From positions 1-60,409 of the IMG/VR virus record IMGVR_UViG_3300044514_000014: DNA of 60,409 bases; one strand, 5' to 3'. This document shows positions 33,208-42,216 of this stretch, piece after piece. This stretch comes from a virus. The notes beneath the pieces are model-generated. The model was not told the origin of the DNA, searched no databases, and was given only the letters and a program-made list of their open reading frames with translations. A program made the position numbers and the translations under genes. Each line of letters opens with the position of its first letter. Positions within the stretch are counted from its first letter, which is position 1.

Positions 33208-34239
33208 ATGAGACCCTGCCCCGTTTGTGAGAACGAAGAATTAATGATTAACGCTGGGCGCACCGAAGTGTTCCGCATGGCTTACCGCATCCCGGACGGC
33301 TGGCCGCTGCCGTCTGAGATCGTCTGGTTTACCTGCGACGCTTGCGGGATGTTTTTTGGCGACGGCGATTTCAATCAGGCCATGCTCAACGAATACTATA
33401 CCAAGTATTACGGCTACGGCGTCAACAACCCAACCAACATCGAGCGGCTAAAAATGGACGCAGTAATGATCAGTGGCCTGGCGAAGCATGAGAGGGAGGC
33501 CGTCATCGTGGACTTCGGCGGTAATGGTGACGATGGCAGGAGCATCATCGTTGATTCGTTGCACAGCAGGGGATATGTCAACGCCGAGTCGGTGGGCGCG
33601 GGCGAGGCCCTCCCCTACCCCTCTACTATCATCTACGCCTCACACGTCGTTGAGCATGTATACGACCTGCCTGAAACAATGAAGAGGATCAGCGGCGCGC
33701 TTGCGCCTGACGGTCTGCTTATCATCGATGGGCCGGATGCGACGGGATTATTGCAACGCTGGAAAATGCCGATCCTGGATTTCAATACGAAGCACATCAA
33801 CCATTTCACGCTGAGAAATTATCTTGATTTGGGACACAGGTACGGCTTTGAATTGGTTGACGTGCGGAAGTACGAGATGGAGCACGCACCCGCATACCAG
33901 CTGCATTTCAGGAGGCTTGACGTGGCGCGGGCGTCCATGAAGCATGTAACGGAAAATATATCCGTCCGCGTGGATAGGATGCGAACGCTTGCGGGGCTGC
34001 CGCTCAACGTGTGGGGAATGGGGGATATTACGTGGCATCTGCTGTCTCAGGTGGATCTCAATATTCTGGATTACATTGATAACGACCCCGCCATGCGCGG
34101 GGCGACGTATAGGGGTAAGCCGATATTGGAGCGTCCGACAAACGACAAGCCGATACTGATAATGAGTCAAGGCCAGCGGCAGCGGCTGATTGAGAATATA
34201 CGAAAGGCTGGGATTGATAATCCCTTGATAGAAACGTAA
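33208..34239 (+). CDS. SAM-dependent methyltransferase with an N-terminal Cys4 ribbon (NDP-hexose C-methyltransferase-like architecture)
   Basis: CPVC...CDAC; VIVDFGGNGDDG (motif I); a C-terminal extra domain as in TylCIII-type enzymes (from memory). Confidence 0.6.
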   Translation: MRPCPVCENEELMINAGRTEVFRMAYRIPDGWPLPSEIVWFTCDACGMFFGDGDFNQAMLNEYYTKYYGYGVNNPTNIERLKMDAVMISGLAKHEREAVIVDFGGNGDDGRSIIVDSLHSRGYVNAESVGAGEALPYPSTIIYASHVVEHVYDLPETMKRISGALAPDGLLIIDGPDATGLLQRWKMPILDFNTKHINHFTLRNYLDLGHRYGFELVDVRKYEMEHAPAYQLHFRRLDVARASMKHVTENISVRVDRMRTLAGLPLNVWGMGDITWHLLSQVDLNILDYIDNDPAMRGATYRGKPILERPTNDKPILIMSQGQRQRLIENIRKAGIDNPLIET

Positions 34240-34754
34240 TGAGAGTAGCAGATGCTATCTTTGAACGACTGAAAAGCGAAGTTGACACTGTTTTTTTCTT
34301 GCCCGGCGGTGGCTCCGGGCCGCTGGTGGATGCGCTTGGCGCGTCGGGATTGCGCGCCGTGTGCTGTCTGCACGAACAGGGAGCCGGGTTTGCAGCGGTC
34401 GGGTATGCACAATATCACGGTTTCGGCGTGTGCCTTGTGACGAGCGGGCCGGGCGTGACTAACGCCATGACCCCCTGCCTTGCTGCGTGGGTGGATAGCG
34501 TCGCTTGCCTGTTCATATCAGGGCAGGTCATGGTCAAGTGGCTGGCTCTGGATGGGATGCGCTCGCGCGGAACGCAGGAGGGGCCGACAATTGCGATGGT
34601 GAGACCGATAACAAAGTATGTGGCGCAACCACAAAGCGCGGCGGAGGCAATGGCGGAACTTGAAAAATGTATCACCATAGCAAAGGAAGGGCGAGCAGGC
34701 GGAACGTGGCTCGATATTCCGCAAGATATACAAGGGGCAAGCTATGATGTATAA
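34239..34754 (+). CDS. TPP-dependent enzyme, N-terminal (Pyr) domain fragment (ALS/YerE-like)
   Basis: VFFLPGGG..HEQGAGFAAVGYA..VCLVTSGPGVTNAMT..A..DSVACLFISGQV..WLDIPQDIQ matches the TPP_enzyme_N pattern. Confidence 0.85.
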   Translation: MRVADAIFERLKSEVDTVFFLPGGGSGPLVDALGASGLRAVCCLHEQGAGFAAVGYAQYHGFGVCLVTSGPGVTNAMTPCLAAWVDSVACLFISGQVMVKWLALDGMRSRGTQEGPTIAMVRPITKYVAQPQSAAEAMAELEKCITIAKEGRAGGTWLDIPQDIQGASYDV

Positions 34755-34833
34755 TAGAACACATAATCTAAACGTTGCTCCCGCGATGCGGATACATCCG
34801 GGAGCGTGGCCGAACCTAAACAGGAGATTCGAC

Positions 34834-35730
34834 ATGAGCATTGTAACAGAAAACACACCGGGGGAAATGAAACAGTTTGGGGTTTACTCTATAATCTTCC
34901 ATTCTAGGCGCGGTGATATGGTTTATATCGGCTCGACTGCTCAAGATTTTGAGCAGCGTCTATATGAGCATCTGTCTTATGCAAGAAGAAACAAACACGG
35001 TAATAAATACTTTCAAAACCTCTGGAATAAATATCAAACCTTCGATTTCAAGATTGTTGAAATCTGCTTAGACCGGGAGACGGTAGCCGTTCGAGAACAG
35101 TGGCATATAGAGAAAATTGACAGATCACAATTAATCAATAATCGCCCTGCTAAAAAGTCTAACAGGTTTCAAGTTATCATTTCAGAAGAAACGCGCCGAA
35201 AGCAGTCGGATGCAGCAAAAATAAGGGCGAGTAATCCTGCTGAACGCGAAAGACTGCGGTCTATAAGACTTTCTCAATGTCCAATATCAGATGAAGCCAG
35301 ACAGAAAATCTCCGAGGCGTCTAAAAGGTATATGAACTCTCCCGAGGCGAAAGAGAAATATTCGCTATTAATGAAGGGAAGGGACAGGGGTGAAGAGTTT
35401 AGGGAAAAATTACGAAAGGCAAACTCTGGCAAAGCTCCCGCCCCTCAGACAATTGAGGCGGTTCGTCGTGCTCATATTGGGAAAAAGGCGTCGGATGAAA
35501 CCAGAAGGAAGATGTCTGAATCTCACAAAAGAAGATTTGCAGAAAATCCCGAATTGCTCGCCAAGGCCTTATGTAATATCAGGGGGCGTGTGATAACCGA
35601 CGAAACAAGAGCGAAACTGAGAAAGGCGAGCACGGGCAAGCGCCATACAGAAGAGACGAAAGAAAAATTGCGTCAAGCTACACTGGCTCACTACACAAAG
35701 AAGAGAGAAGAAGAATGTATCGACCGTTGA
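34834..35730 (+). CDS. GIY-YIG homing endonuclease with NUMOD3-type repeats
   Basis: GVYSI..VYIGST..R..H...E..N is a GIY-YIG core. At least four (S/T)(D/E)ETRxK repeats. Low GC. ATG 34834 follows AGGAGA. Confidence 0.85.
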   Translation: MSIVTENTPGEMKQFGVYSIIFHSRRGDMVYIGSTAQDFEQRLYEHLSYARRNKHGNKYFQNLWNKYQTFDFKIVEICLDRETVAVREQWHIEKIDRSQLINNRPAKKSNRFQVIISEETRRKQSDAAKIRASNPAERERLRSIRLSQCPISDEARQKISEASKRYMNSPEAKEKYSLLMKGRDRGEEFREKLRKANSGKAPAPQTIEAVRRAHIGKKASDETRRKMSESHKRRFAENPELLAKALCNIRGRVITDETRAKLRKASTGKRHTEETKEKLRQATLAHYTKKREEECIDR

Positions 35731-36851
35731 TTTTGCTTGGGAACGGGGTCAGAAATAACCCAAAATTGATTGAGCATTTATGTAGCCTAAATATACCTAT
35801 CGCTACAACATGGATGGGGGCGGATTTATTGCCTGAGGATTGTCCTGTATGGATTGGCAGACCTGGTTTGTTTGGACAAAGATCGTGCAACATCGCCCAG
35901 CAGAAAGCGACGCATCTCTACTGCTTCGGTGCTCGCTTGGACGGCGAACAAGTCGCCTATGACTATGACCGCTTCGCGCCGAATGCGGAGATATATATTT
36001 ATGATATAGACCCCGCAGAGGCGCAGAAGTTCCCGAAGCATTACCACGTTTCGCAGACCCTTGACTCCAGAGACGACATTGATTTTCTTCCGGCTCTTGA
36101 CCCGCCTCATCGTGACTGGCTCAACTGGTGCAAGGCACTCTATCACCGATTCCGGCCTGAATTGGACGGAGGACAGGAGGCGGGGGACGGAGGTGACGAA
36201 TATTTCGTTGACCCATTCACGTTCACGCGGCTCCTGCATGATCACAGCCAGTCTGATGACGTATTCGCTATCGGCTCATCAGGCAACGCGCCCACGGTGT
36301 TCTTCCAGGCGTACAAGGTCAAGCAGGGGCAGCGGATCTCCAACGTCTGCACGATAGGCGCGATGGGCGCGGACATCCCCATGGCCATGGGCTCTGCGCT
36401 GGCGTCCGGGCGGCGAACCATCTGCGTGACGGGCGACGGCGGCTTTGCGATGAACGCGCAGGAACTTGAAACGATACGCAGGCTGAGACTGCCGATCATC
36501 TTTTTTGTGATGTCCAACGGCGGGTATAACTCGATCCGCGTTGGTCAGCTTGCGCGCTTCGGGCGTGTGACAGGCGCAAACCCCGCAAGCGGGCTTATCC
36601 TGCCGAGCATTGAAGCGATTGCGGAGGCGTACCGTCTCTGCTACATGCCCCTGCACGGGCGAGACCTGCCGAACTTCACCCGATGCTTCGGCGTTGCGCC
36701 GATGGTCGTGGAAGTGTTCGTAGATCCCGAATGGCAGCAATTGCCGCGCGTGATGGCAAGTGGAAACCCAATCAAGACGGATAACATGGAGAATATGTAT
36801 CCATATTTACCTGAGGATGAATTGAAAGAGATTATGGAGTGGGGCGGGTAG
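35715..36851 (+). CDS. TPP-dependent enzyme, central + C-terminal (PP) domain fragment (ALS/YerE-like)
   Basis: RPLILLGNG..; GAMGADIPMAMGSA..VTGDGGFAMNAQELETI..LPIIFFVMSNGGY is the TPP-binding GDG-N motif. Confidence 0.85.
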   Translation: MYRPLILLGNGVRNNPKLIEHLCSLNIPIATTWMGADLLPEDCPVWIGRPGLFGQRSCNIAQQKATHLYCFGARLDGEQVAYDYDRFAPNAEIYIYDIDPAEAQKFPKHYHVSQTLDSRDDIDFLPALDPPHRDWLNWCKALYHRFRPELDGGQEAGDGGDEYFVDPFTFTRLLHDHSQSDDVFAIGSSGNAPTVFFQAYKVKQGQRISNVCTIGAMGADIPMAMGSALASGRRTICVTGDGGFAMNAQELETIRRLRLPIIFFVMSNGGYNSIRVGQLARFGRVTGANPASGLILPSIEAIAEAYRLCYMPLHGRDLPNFTRCFGVAPMVVEVFVDPEWQQLPRVMASGNPIKTDNMENMYPYLPEDELKEIMEWGG

Positions 36852-36876
36852 TCGCCACGCTCTAGAAAGGTTTGAA

Positions 36877-37050
36877 ATGGCACTAACAATAGTTTTGGGT
36901 TTGATGATTTTCTTGCCTTTGGTTGTTGGTAGTTACATGCACTATGCTTTGGGCATTACATCGGGAATGGATATTGCCGCGACAATTTTGTTGTATGTCG
37001 TGGAAATGGCATCGTTTTATTCAGTGATGGTAAAGCGCCCTCAAAAGTAA
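36877..37050 (+). CDS. 57-aa two-TM membrane protein
   Basis: Below the track cutoff. Hydrophobic. RBS AAAGG. Confidence 0.4.
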   Translation: MALTIVLGLMIFLPLVVGSYMHYALGITSGMDIAATILLYVVEMASFYSVMVKRPQK

Positions 37051-37156
37051 CTATTATATTTTAGCCTTACGCGTTGTCGTAGGCAACAAAAAACTAAAAT
37101 GTATCAACCTCAGTGTATCGTTGTGTACCTGTTACTTGATAAAGGTAACGGTATAT

Positions 37157-38290
37157 ATGATGACAGTCCCTATTTCCGGGCAAGTGACCGGCAAAGAGGA
37201 AGCAGATAACGTGATGGAAGTTGCGAACTCGCAGAGTTACGGCGGCTTCATCTGGACCAATCGCTTCGAGCGCGGCTTCGCCCGCTTCATGGGTGCTCGT
37301 GAGGCGATCCTGTGTAACAGCGGCTCATCCGCAAACCTGATCGCATTGGCGGCGCTGGAACTGCCGAAGGGCTCGGAAGTCATTACCACCGCGGTGAACT
37401 TCCCTACGACGGTAAACTGCATTATTCAGCTTGGTCTAGTGCCGGTGTTCGTGGATAGTGATCCGAAAACATTGAACGCCAGCCGAATAGAGGATATTTA
37501 TGAGGCGTGGCCGACAAAAGTAAGAGCAATAATAATGGCTCATGCTCTTGGAAATCCGGTTTATATTCCGCCCTCTGATTTCCCGGTTATCGAAGATTGC
37601 TGTGATGCTGTAGGTTCTACGATCAACGGGCAGATGGTTGGTCGTCGCGGCATAATATCCACCGTCTCATTCTACCCGGCGCATCACATGACGATGGGCG
37701 AAGGTGGTGCGGTGCTGACCGATAGCCCGCAGTTGAGGAAGATTATCGAGAGCTACCGCGATTGGGGCCGAGACTGCTGGTGCGAGCCGGGGAAGGATAA
37801 TACATGCGGGACACGGTTTGATAAGGAGTACGATCATAAATACACATACTCTAGAATTGGTTACAACCTCAAAGTTTCCGACTTCCAGGCTGCTGTGGGG
37901 GTTGCTCAGTTGGACAGACTGGCTGGTTTCGTCGAAAAGCGGAGAGACAATTGGAAATATTTACGCGCTGGGTTGGATGGATTACCGCTTGATTTTATTG
38001 AGGCGACGCCAAACAGCGATCCGTCATGGTTTGGTTTTGCATTTCTCAGTCCAGAACGGAATAAACTGGCGAAATATCTGGATAGTAAAGGGGTTGGGTG
38101 CCGTCCTGTCATGGGTGGAAATTTACTCAGACAACCTGCCTATAAAGATATAGAGCACCGCGTCATTGGTAATCTGGACGGGGCTGATAGAATTCATCGA
38201 GAGGGGCTTTGGGTAGGAGTATTCCCTGGCATCACCGAAGAAATGAGAGAGTACCAGGTTGAGACTATCAGGGCATATTTCAATGGATAA
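37157..38290 (+). CDS. rfbH: CDP-4-keto-6-deoxy-D-glucose 3-dehydrase (E1; RfbH/DdhC/AscC family)
   Basis: NSGSSANL; SFYPAHHMTMGEGGAV (His in place of the PLP lysine); RDWGRDCWCEPGKDNTCGTRF Cys cluster. These are hallmarks of E1 as I recall them. Confidence 0.85.
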   Translation: MMTVPISGQVTGKEEADNVMEVANSQSYGGFIWTNRFERGFARFMGAREAILCNSGSSANLIALAALELPKGSEVITTAVNFPTTVNCIIQLGLVPVFVDSDPKTLNASRIEDIYEAWPTKVRAIIMAHALGNPVYIPPSDFPVIEDCCDAVGSTINGQMVGRRGIISTVSFYPAHHMTMGEGGAVLTDSPQLRKIIESYRDWGRDCWCEPGKDNTCGTRFDKEYDHKYTYSRIGYNLKVSDFQAAVGVAQLDRLAGFVEKRRDNWKYLRAGLDGLPLDFIEATPNSDPSWFGFAFLSPERNKLAKYLDSKGVGCRPVMGGNLLRQPAYKDIEHRVIGNLDGADRIHREGLWVGVFPGITEEMREYQVETIRAYFNG

Positions 38291-38954
38291 AGTTTTGGTC
38301 ACAGGCGGAACGGGCTTTGTCGGTCATTGGTTAAGGCAGACTAAGCCCGATAAATTTATTCATTATTGGCTTAGTCACGCCGATTACGCACTAACAAATT
38401 GGCATACTGTCAAATGGGATTACATTGTTCACCTTGCGAATATTTCTCCCGCGCTAGTTATTGAATGCGCCAAACAAACAAACGCCCGCCTGCTATACTG
38501 CTCCTCCGGCGCGGTCTACGACCAGGACACGGAGTACGCCAATGACAAACGGCGCTGGGAGCGGGAATGTCTCGACAGCGGCGTGGATGTAGTGATTGCA
38601 AGGCTGTTCACTTTCTACGGCGAGCGCCTGGATGATGGCAAGGCTTACACTCAATTCACCCGTGCGGCGAAGGCAGGCGAGCCGTTACGAGTCTGGGGCG
38701 ACGGGTCTTGTATCCGCTCATACATGTATGGCGCAGAACTTGGCCGCTGGCTATGGGCGATCCTGCTACGGGGCAAGAGCGGGCAGGCGTATGACGTAGG
38801 GAGTACGGAGCCGGTCACGATGCTGGAACTGGCGCGCAGGGTCATCCGCCATTATAAGAGCAATTCGGGGATCATTATGGAGCCAGACCACCCCGTCCCG
38901 ATGCCGTACTACATGCCGCGCGACACGGCGAAAACGCGGAGGTTATTAGAATGA
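38283..38954 (+). CDS. Short NAD-dependent epimerase/dehydratase-family (extended SDR) protein
   Basis: VLVTGGTGFVGHWL Rossmann motif; YANDKR (YxxxK-like). Confidence 0.7.
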   Translation: MDKVLVTGGTGFVGHWLRQTKPDKFIHYWLSHADYALTNWHTVKWDYIVHLANISPALVIECAKQTNARLLYCSSGAVYDQDTEYANDKRRWERECLDSGVDVVIARLFTFYGERLDDGKAYTQFTRAAKAGEPLRVWGDGSCIRSYMYGAELGRWLWAILLRGKSGQAYDVGSTEPVTMLELARRVIRHYKSNSGIIMEPDHPVPMPYYMPRDTAKTRRLLE

Positions 38955-39367
38955 TAGACTACGACTATAATGAACATGCTAGGCGATTTATGGAAGAGTC
39001 TAAGAGACTGCGGCAAGAATATGACCGCAAGGAAAAGCGCCGTATGTTGTGGCTTGGAAAATTCGCTTTTCCAAAAGTTGACACCAAGAAAACGAAATTG
39101 CTGTATGTTCCTGCTGACTATCACAGATACTATCTCCCCATCATGGAGCCGCTATCGGTTTATGATTTTAGGAATAACCCGCCTGAGTATTCTGAGTTAA
39201 AGCGCGCTGAGATAGAACTAAAAAAGTGGGGTTATAAAGGTAAACGCTGGCGGGCAATTATCCGATTTGGATACTACGAAAGAGACGACATTTTAATTGT
39301 CAACAAAGAGACGTTTGTTTATCAGAAAAGGTATACGGTTTCGGACGGTTCTGTTTGGTGGTTATAA
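38951..39367 (+). CDS. Hypothetical protein
   Basis: ATGA-coupled ORF. Confidence 0.5.
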   Translation: MIDYDYNEHARRFMEESKRLRQEYDRKEKRRMLWLGKFAFPKVDTKKTKLLYVPADYHRYYLPIMEPLSVYDFRNNPPEYSELKRAEIELKKWGYKGKRWRAIIRFGYYERDDILIVNKETFVYQKRYTVSDGSVWWL

Positions 39368-39370
39368 GGC

Positions 39371-39487
39371 ATGACCTTTATTTATCTATGCCCTGTCGCC
39401 TGGCGCATTTACGACCGTCACCGCTGGCGGGCGCTGGACAAGCATCGCCGCGAATGCAAAGAGTGTTGGAGAAAGGAAGCAGGATGA
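39371..39487 (+). CDS. 38-aa basic Cys-containing peptide
   Basis: Below the track cutoff. ATGA overlap with 39484. Weak support. Confidence 0.25.
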   Translation: MTFIYLCPVAWRIYDRHRWRALDKHRRECKECWRKEAG

Positions 39488-39684
39488 CCGTCACCATCAA
39501 AATCAAAAACGTTGCTGAGGTAAAAAGGATGCTTGAGGAAACGCGTCTGAAACTCGCCAACCAATTTAGCGTTCCTTATGAGCACTTGTATCCAAATGCG
39601 AAAATTATCGATTTGACCGCCCGCGATATTCTGCCTGAGTTACCAGCGGGCGGAGAAGAGCCGCCGAAGGAGGTTGACAGATGA
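39484..39684 (+). CDS. Hypothetical protein
   Basis: ATG 39484 follows GAAAGGAAG, inside the longer track ORF 39355... Confidence 0.45.
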   Translation: MTVTIKIKNVAEVKRMLEETRLKLANQFSVPYEHLYPNAKIIDLTARDILPELPAGGEEPPKEVDR

Positions 39685-39938
39685 GCGACGATATTGAATT
39701 TGTAAGCATGGAAGATATTACCAACGGGAAAAGAAACCTGAAGATGATGGGACTTGACAAATATCCCCTGCCAGACGATATGAGGGCGTATATGTCAACA
39801 GTAAGGATTGACGGAAAAATCTATAAATCCATTTATTGGTTTACTATCGAACTTGTAAACGACAGCGAATTTGAAAGGATTTCAAAGCTGGTTATAGTAA
39901 ATCAGGCAAGGCGGCGATTTACTGCGCCTGTCTCTTGA
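39681..39938 (+). CDS. Hypothetical protein
   Basis: ATGA-coupled ORF. Confidence 0.5.
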   Translation: MSDDIEFVSMEDITNGKRNLKMMGLDKYPLPDDMRAYMSTVRIDGKIYKSIYWFTIELVNDSEFERISKLVIVNQARRRFTAPVS

Positions 39939-39962
39939 CATGTAGAATATTTGTGCTATACT
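39935..39962 (+). promoter_or_regulatory. Promoter TTGACA-16-(TGc)TATACT upstream of the capsid gene
   Basis: TTGACA at 39935-39940 and an extended -10 TGCTATACT ending at 39962. Confidence 0.6.
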
Positions 39963-40048
39963 TTCTGGCGGGCAGAAATGCCGAAGTAAGTGCTGGCTAA
40001 GTATTCATTGTAGATCTAGCCAGACCTACTAATATAACCTTACGTGAT

Positions 40049-40096
40049 AGCCGGTTGTCCTTGCTCCGAAATGGAGCCAGGGCAACCGGCTTTTTG
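40049..40096 (+). terminator. Intrinsic terminator between the promoter and the capsid gene
   Basis: AGCCGGTTG..GCTCC-GAAAT-GGAGC..CAACCGGCT followed by T5. It ends 23 nt before ATG 40119. Confidence 0.75.
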
Positions 40097-40118
40097 CGTT
40101 ATATACGCAGAGGGTGAA

Positions 40119-42203
40119 ATGCCAAACGTTTCAGAATACGAAAATCAAGATGACTGGATGGGCGCATGTATGCCAGCCATGATGGAAGAGGGGAAAGAGC
40201 AAGACGAAGCCGCCGCCGCGTGCGCGTCCATGTGGGGAGAGAAAAAGTCATTCTACGATATGTCGATAGAAGATGCAGTCAAGCACTTCCTGAAAGTCGG
40301 CGCGCGGCACACGCGTAAAGAAGTGGATGCGTTCCAGACCGTACACGACATTATGGTAGATAACGGCGCTGAGTGTGAAATGCCAGAGAAGGAAATGTAC
40401 GGGGGTAACATGCCGATGATGGAGGGGAAATCGCTGGATGAGGAATACATCTACCCCGGCGATGCAGTCAAAGCCGTGTCACTGGACGGCGGCGCGGTCA
40501 AATTAGGGGGTTATCTGATCAGTTTCAGGGACTCTGAGAACACAGACCTGGCGGGCGATTACTTCACAAAAAAAGCCAACTACGGCGATGCGACACAGTC
40601 TGACGTATGGTTCAACCACCGTTTGCCGATCCGCATCAAGAAGCACAATGTTGAAGTGAAATATACCGAGCCGCTATCCAACAAAGCATCACTCACCATT
40701 GATGATGTAGGGGTATTTGCTGAGGTGGTGATCGAAGCGCGCAATGAATACGAAAAAACAATCGCCGAATTGGGGCTTGCGGGGAAATTAGCCTGGTCAT
40801 CTGGCACAGCTTCGCACCTTGTAGACCGCAAAGCGATCAAGAATGGCGTGTGGGAAATCACGCGCTGGCCTCTTGGGCTGGATGCGTCGCTCACCCCCAC
40901 TCCGGCAGAATACCGCAAAACCAACCAGATACTACCGATCAAATCGTTACTAACTTCCCATACGGCGTTGCCCGTTGAGGAGGATAACCAAACCAAACCT
41001 ACCAATCAACCTATTACCACACAAAGGGAGAACATCATGGAAGACGAAATCAAATACGCCGTAGATAAGGCGGTCGCCGACGCTCTGCAAGAGCGCGAAG
41101 CGAAATCCCAGGCGGAAGCGCAGAAGGCTTCAGAATTGAAGGCTGCGGAAGACGCCGGATACAAGAAGGCCGTTGAGGAATTGAAGGAGCACGGGCCGCA
41201 GACGTTCTACCACTCCACCGAAAAGGCCGACGATGACAATGACGGTATCGGCGCTTTCAAGTCCTGGCTCAAGACTGGACAGGAAAATCAAGGGCTCATC
41301 CGCCCTGACTCGTCCTTCGACAATATCAAAGCGGGCAAAGCTGCCTGGAACATCACAACCGGAGCTTCCGGTGGGTTCTTGGTTCCTGACCCCCTGTATA
41401 ACCAGATTATCGCCAAGCGTGACATCATGTCGTGGGCGCGGCAGGTTCCTTGCACGTTCTTGACGACCCCCTCCGATCACCTGTTAGTCCCGCGTGAGAA
41501 TACCAGTCTGACTGATTTCGTTCTGACGGCTGAGGCTGGAAACTACGACGAGAATGAGGGCACGGTATCACAGAAAGACCTCATCTTGTACAAGTACACC
41601 AAACTCACGAAGATGAACGAAGAATTTCTTATGTACAACGGTACGAATTGGGAAGCCTGGTTCACCAACGCACTGGGACGCGCAGTTGCGAACACTGAAA
41701 ATACTGTTTTCACCACAGGCACTGGCACGTCACAACCTGAGGGTATTGTGACCGGCGCGACGGTTGCAAATACGACCGCCACGACCGACATCATTCTACC
41801 GTCCGAACTGTCTGGCCTTATCGGTTATCTCGGAGGCGGATACAACGTCCCGAGTGAGGCCGCCATGCTCATGGCGAACGTGACTAAGTGGTATCTGAAA
41901 GGCAGTGGTGGAACGTCCGTGGTTCCATTTGCTTATGTCCAGACCCCGCAGGATGGCGATTTCTTCGGCTACAAGGCCGTCATCGACGATGACCTTGAAC
42001 CATATACCACGGCTTCGGCCAAGTGTGTCGTGTTCGGCAACTTCAGCTACTACGCAGTGGTGGAAAAGCCGGGCATGATCATACAGCGCAATCCTTACCT
42101 GTACATGGCGACCGGGCAGATCGGCATCTTTGCCAGCATCTTCCGCGGTGGCGGAGTGCTTCAGAGCGAAGCATTCTACTATCTGACCAACAAGTCCAGC
42201 TAA
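40119..42203 (+). CDS. Prohead protease/scaffold-like N-terminal region fused to an HK97-fold major capsid protein
   Basis: C-terminal half: GASGGFLVPDP...TGTGTSQPEGIVTG is typical of HK97-type MCPs. The central region is a Glu/Lys coiled coil. ATG 40119 follows GAGGGTG. Confidence 0.75.
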   Translation: MPNVSEYENQDDWMGACMPAMMEEGKEQDEAAAACASMWGEKKSFYDMSIEDAVKHFLKVGARHTRKEVDAFQTVHDIMVDNGAECEMPEKEMYGGNMPMMEGKSLDEEYIYPGDAVKAVSLDGGAVKLGGYLISFRDSENTDLAGDYFTKKANYGDATQSDVWFNHRLPIRIKKHNVEVKYTEPLSNKASLTIDDVGVFAEVVIEARNEYEKTIAELGLAGKLAWSSGTASHLVDRKAIKNGVWEITRWPLGLDASLTPTPAEYRKTNQILPIKSLLTSHTALPVEEDNQTKPTNQPITTQRENIMEDEIKYAVDKAVADALQEREAKSQAEAQKASELKAAEDAGYKKAVEELKEHGPQTFYHSTEKADDDNDGIGAFKSWLKTGQENQGLIRPDSSFDNIKAGKAAWNITTGASGGFLVPDPLYNQIIAKRDIMSWARQVPCTFLTTPSDHLLVPRENTSLTDFVLTAEAGNYDENEGTVSQKDLILYKYTKLTKMNEEFLMYNGTNWEAWFTNALGRAVANTENTVFTTGTGTSQPEGIVTGATVANTTATTDIILPSELSGLIGYLGGGYNVPSEAAMLMANVTKWYLKGSGGTSVVPFAYVQTPQDGDFFGYKAVIDDDLEPYTTASAKCVVFGNFSYYAVVEKPGMIIQRNPYLYMATGQIGIFASIFRGGGVLQSEAFYYLTNKSS

Positions 42204-42216
42204 AAGAGGTGATGAT

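Noticed and set aside
34755-35714. A group I intron carrying the GIY-YIG ORF, as the explanation for the split TPP gene
   Set aside because: Only about 80 nt upstream and no non-coding sequence downstream remain for an intron core. The endonuclease ORF overlaps the downstream start, which has its own purine-rich RBS. A free-standing endonuclease gene is more likely, though splicing was not excluded experimentally.
40044-40118. Track start 40044 for the capsid ORF
   Set aside because: This segment is the terminator hairpin. ATG 40119 has a proper RBS (GAGGGTG) and begins a motif typical of phage head proteins.
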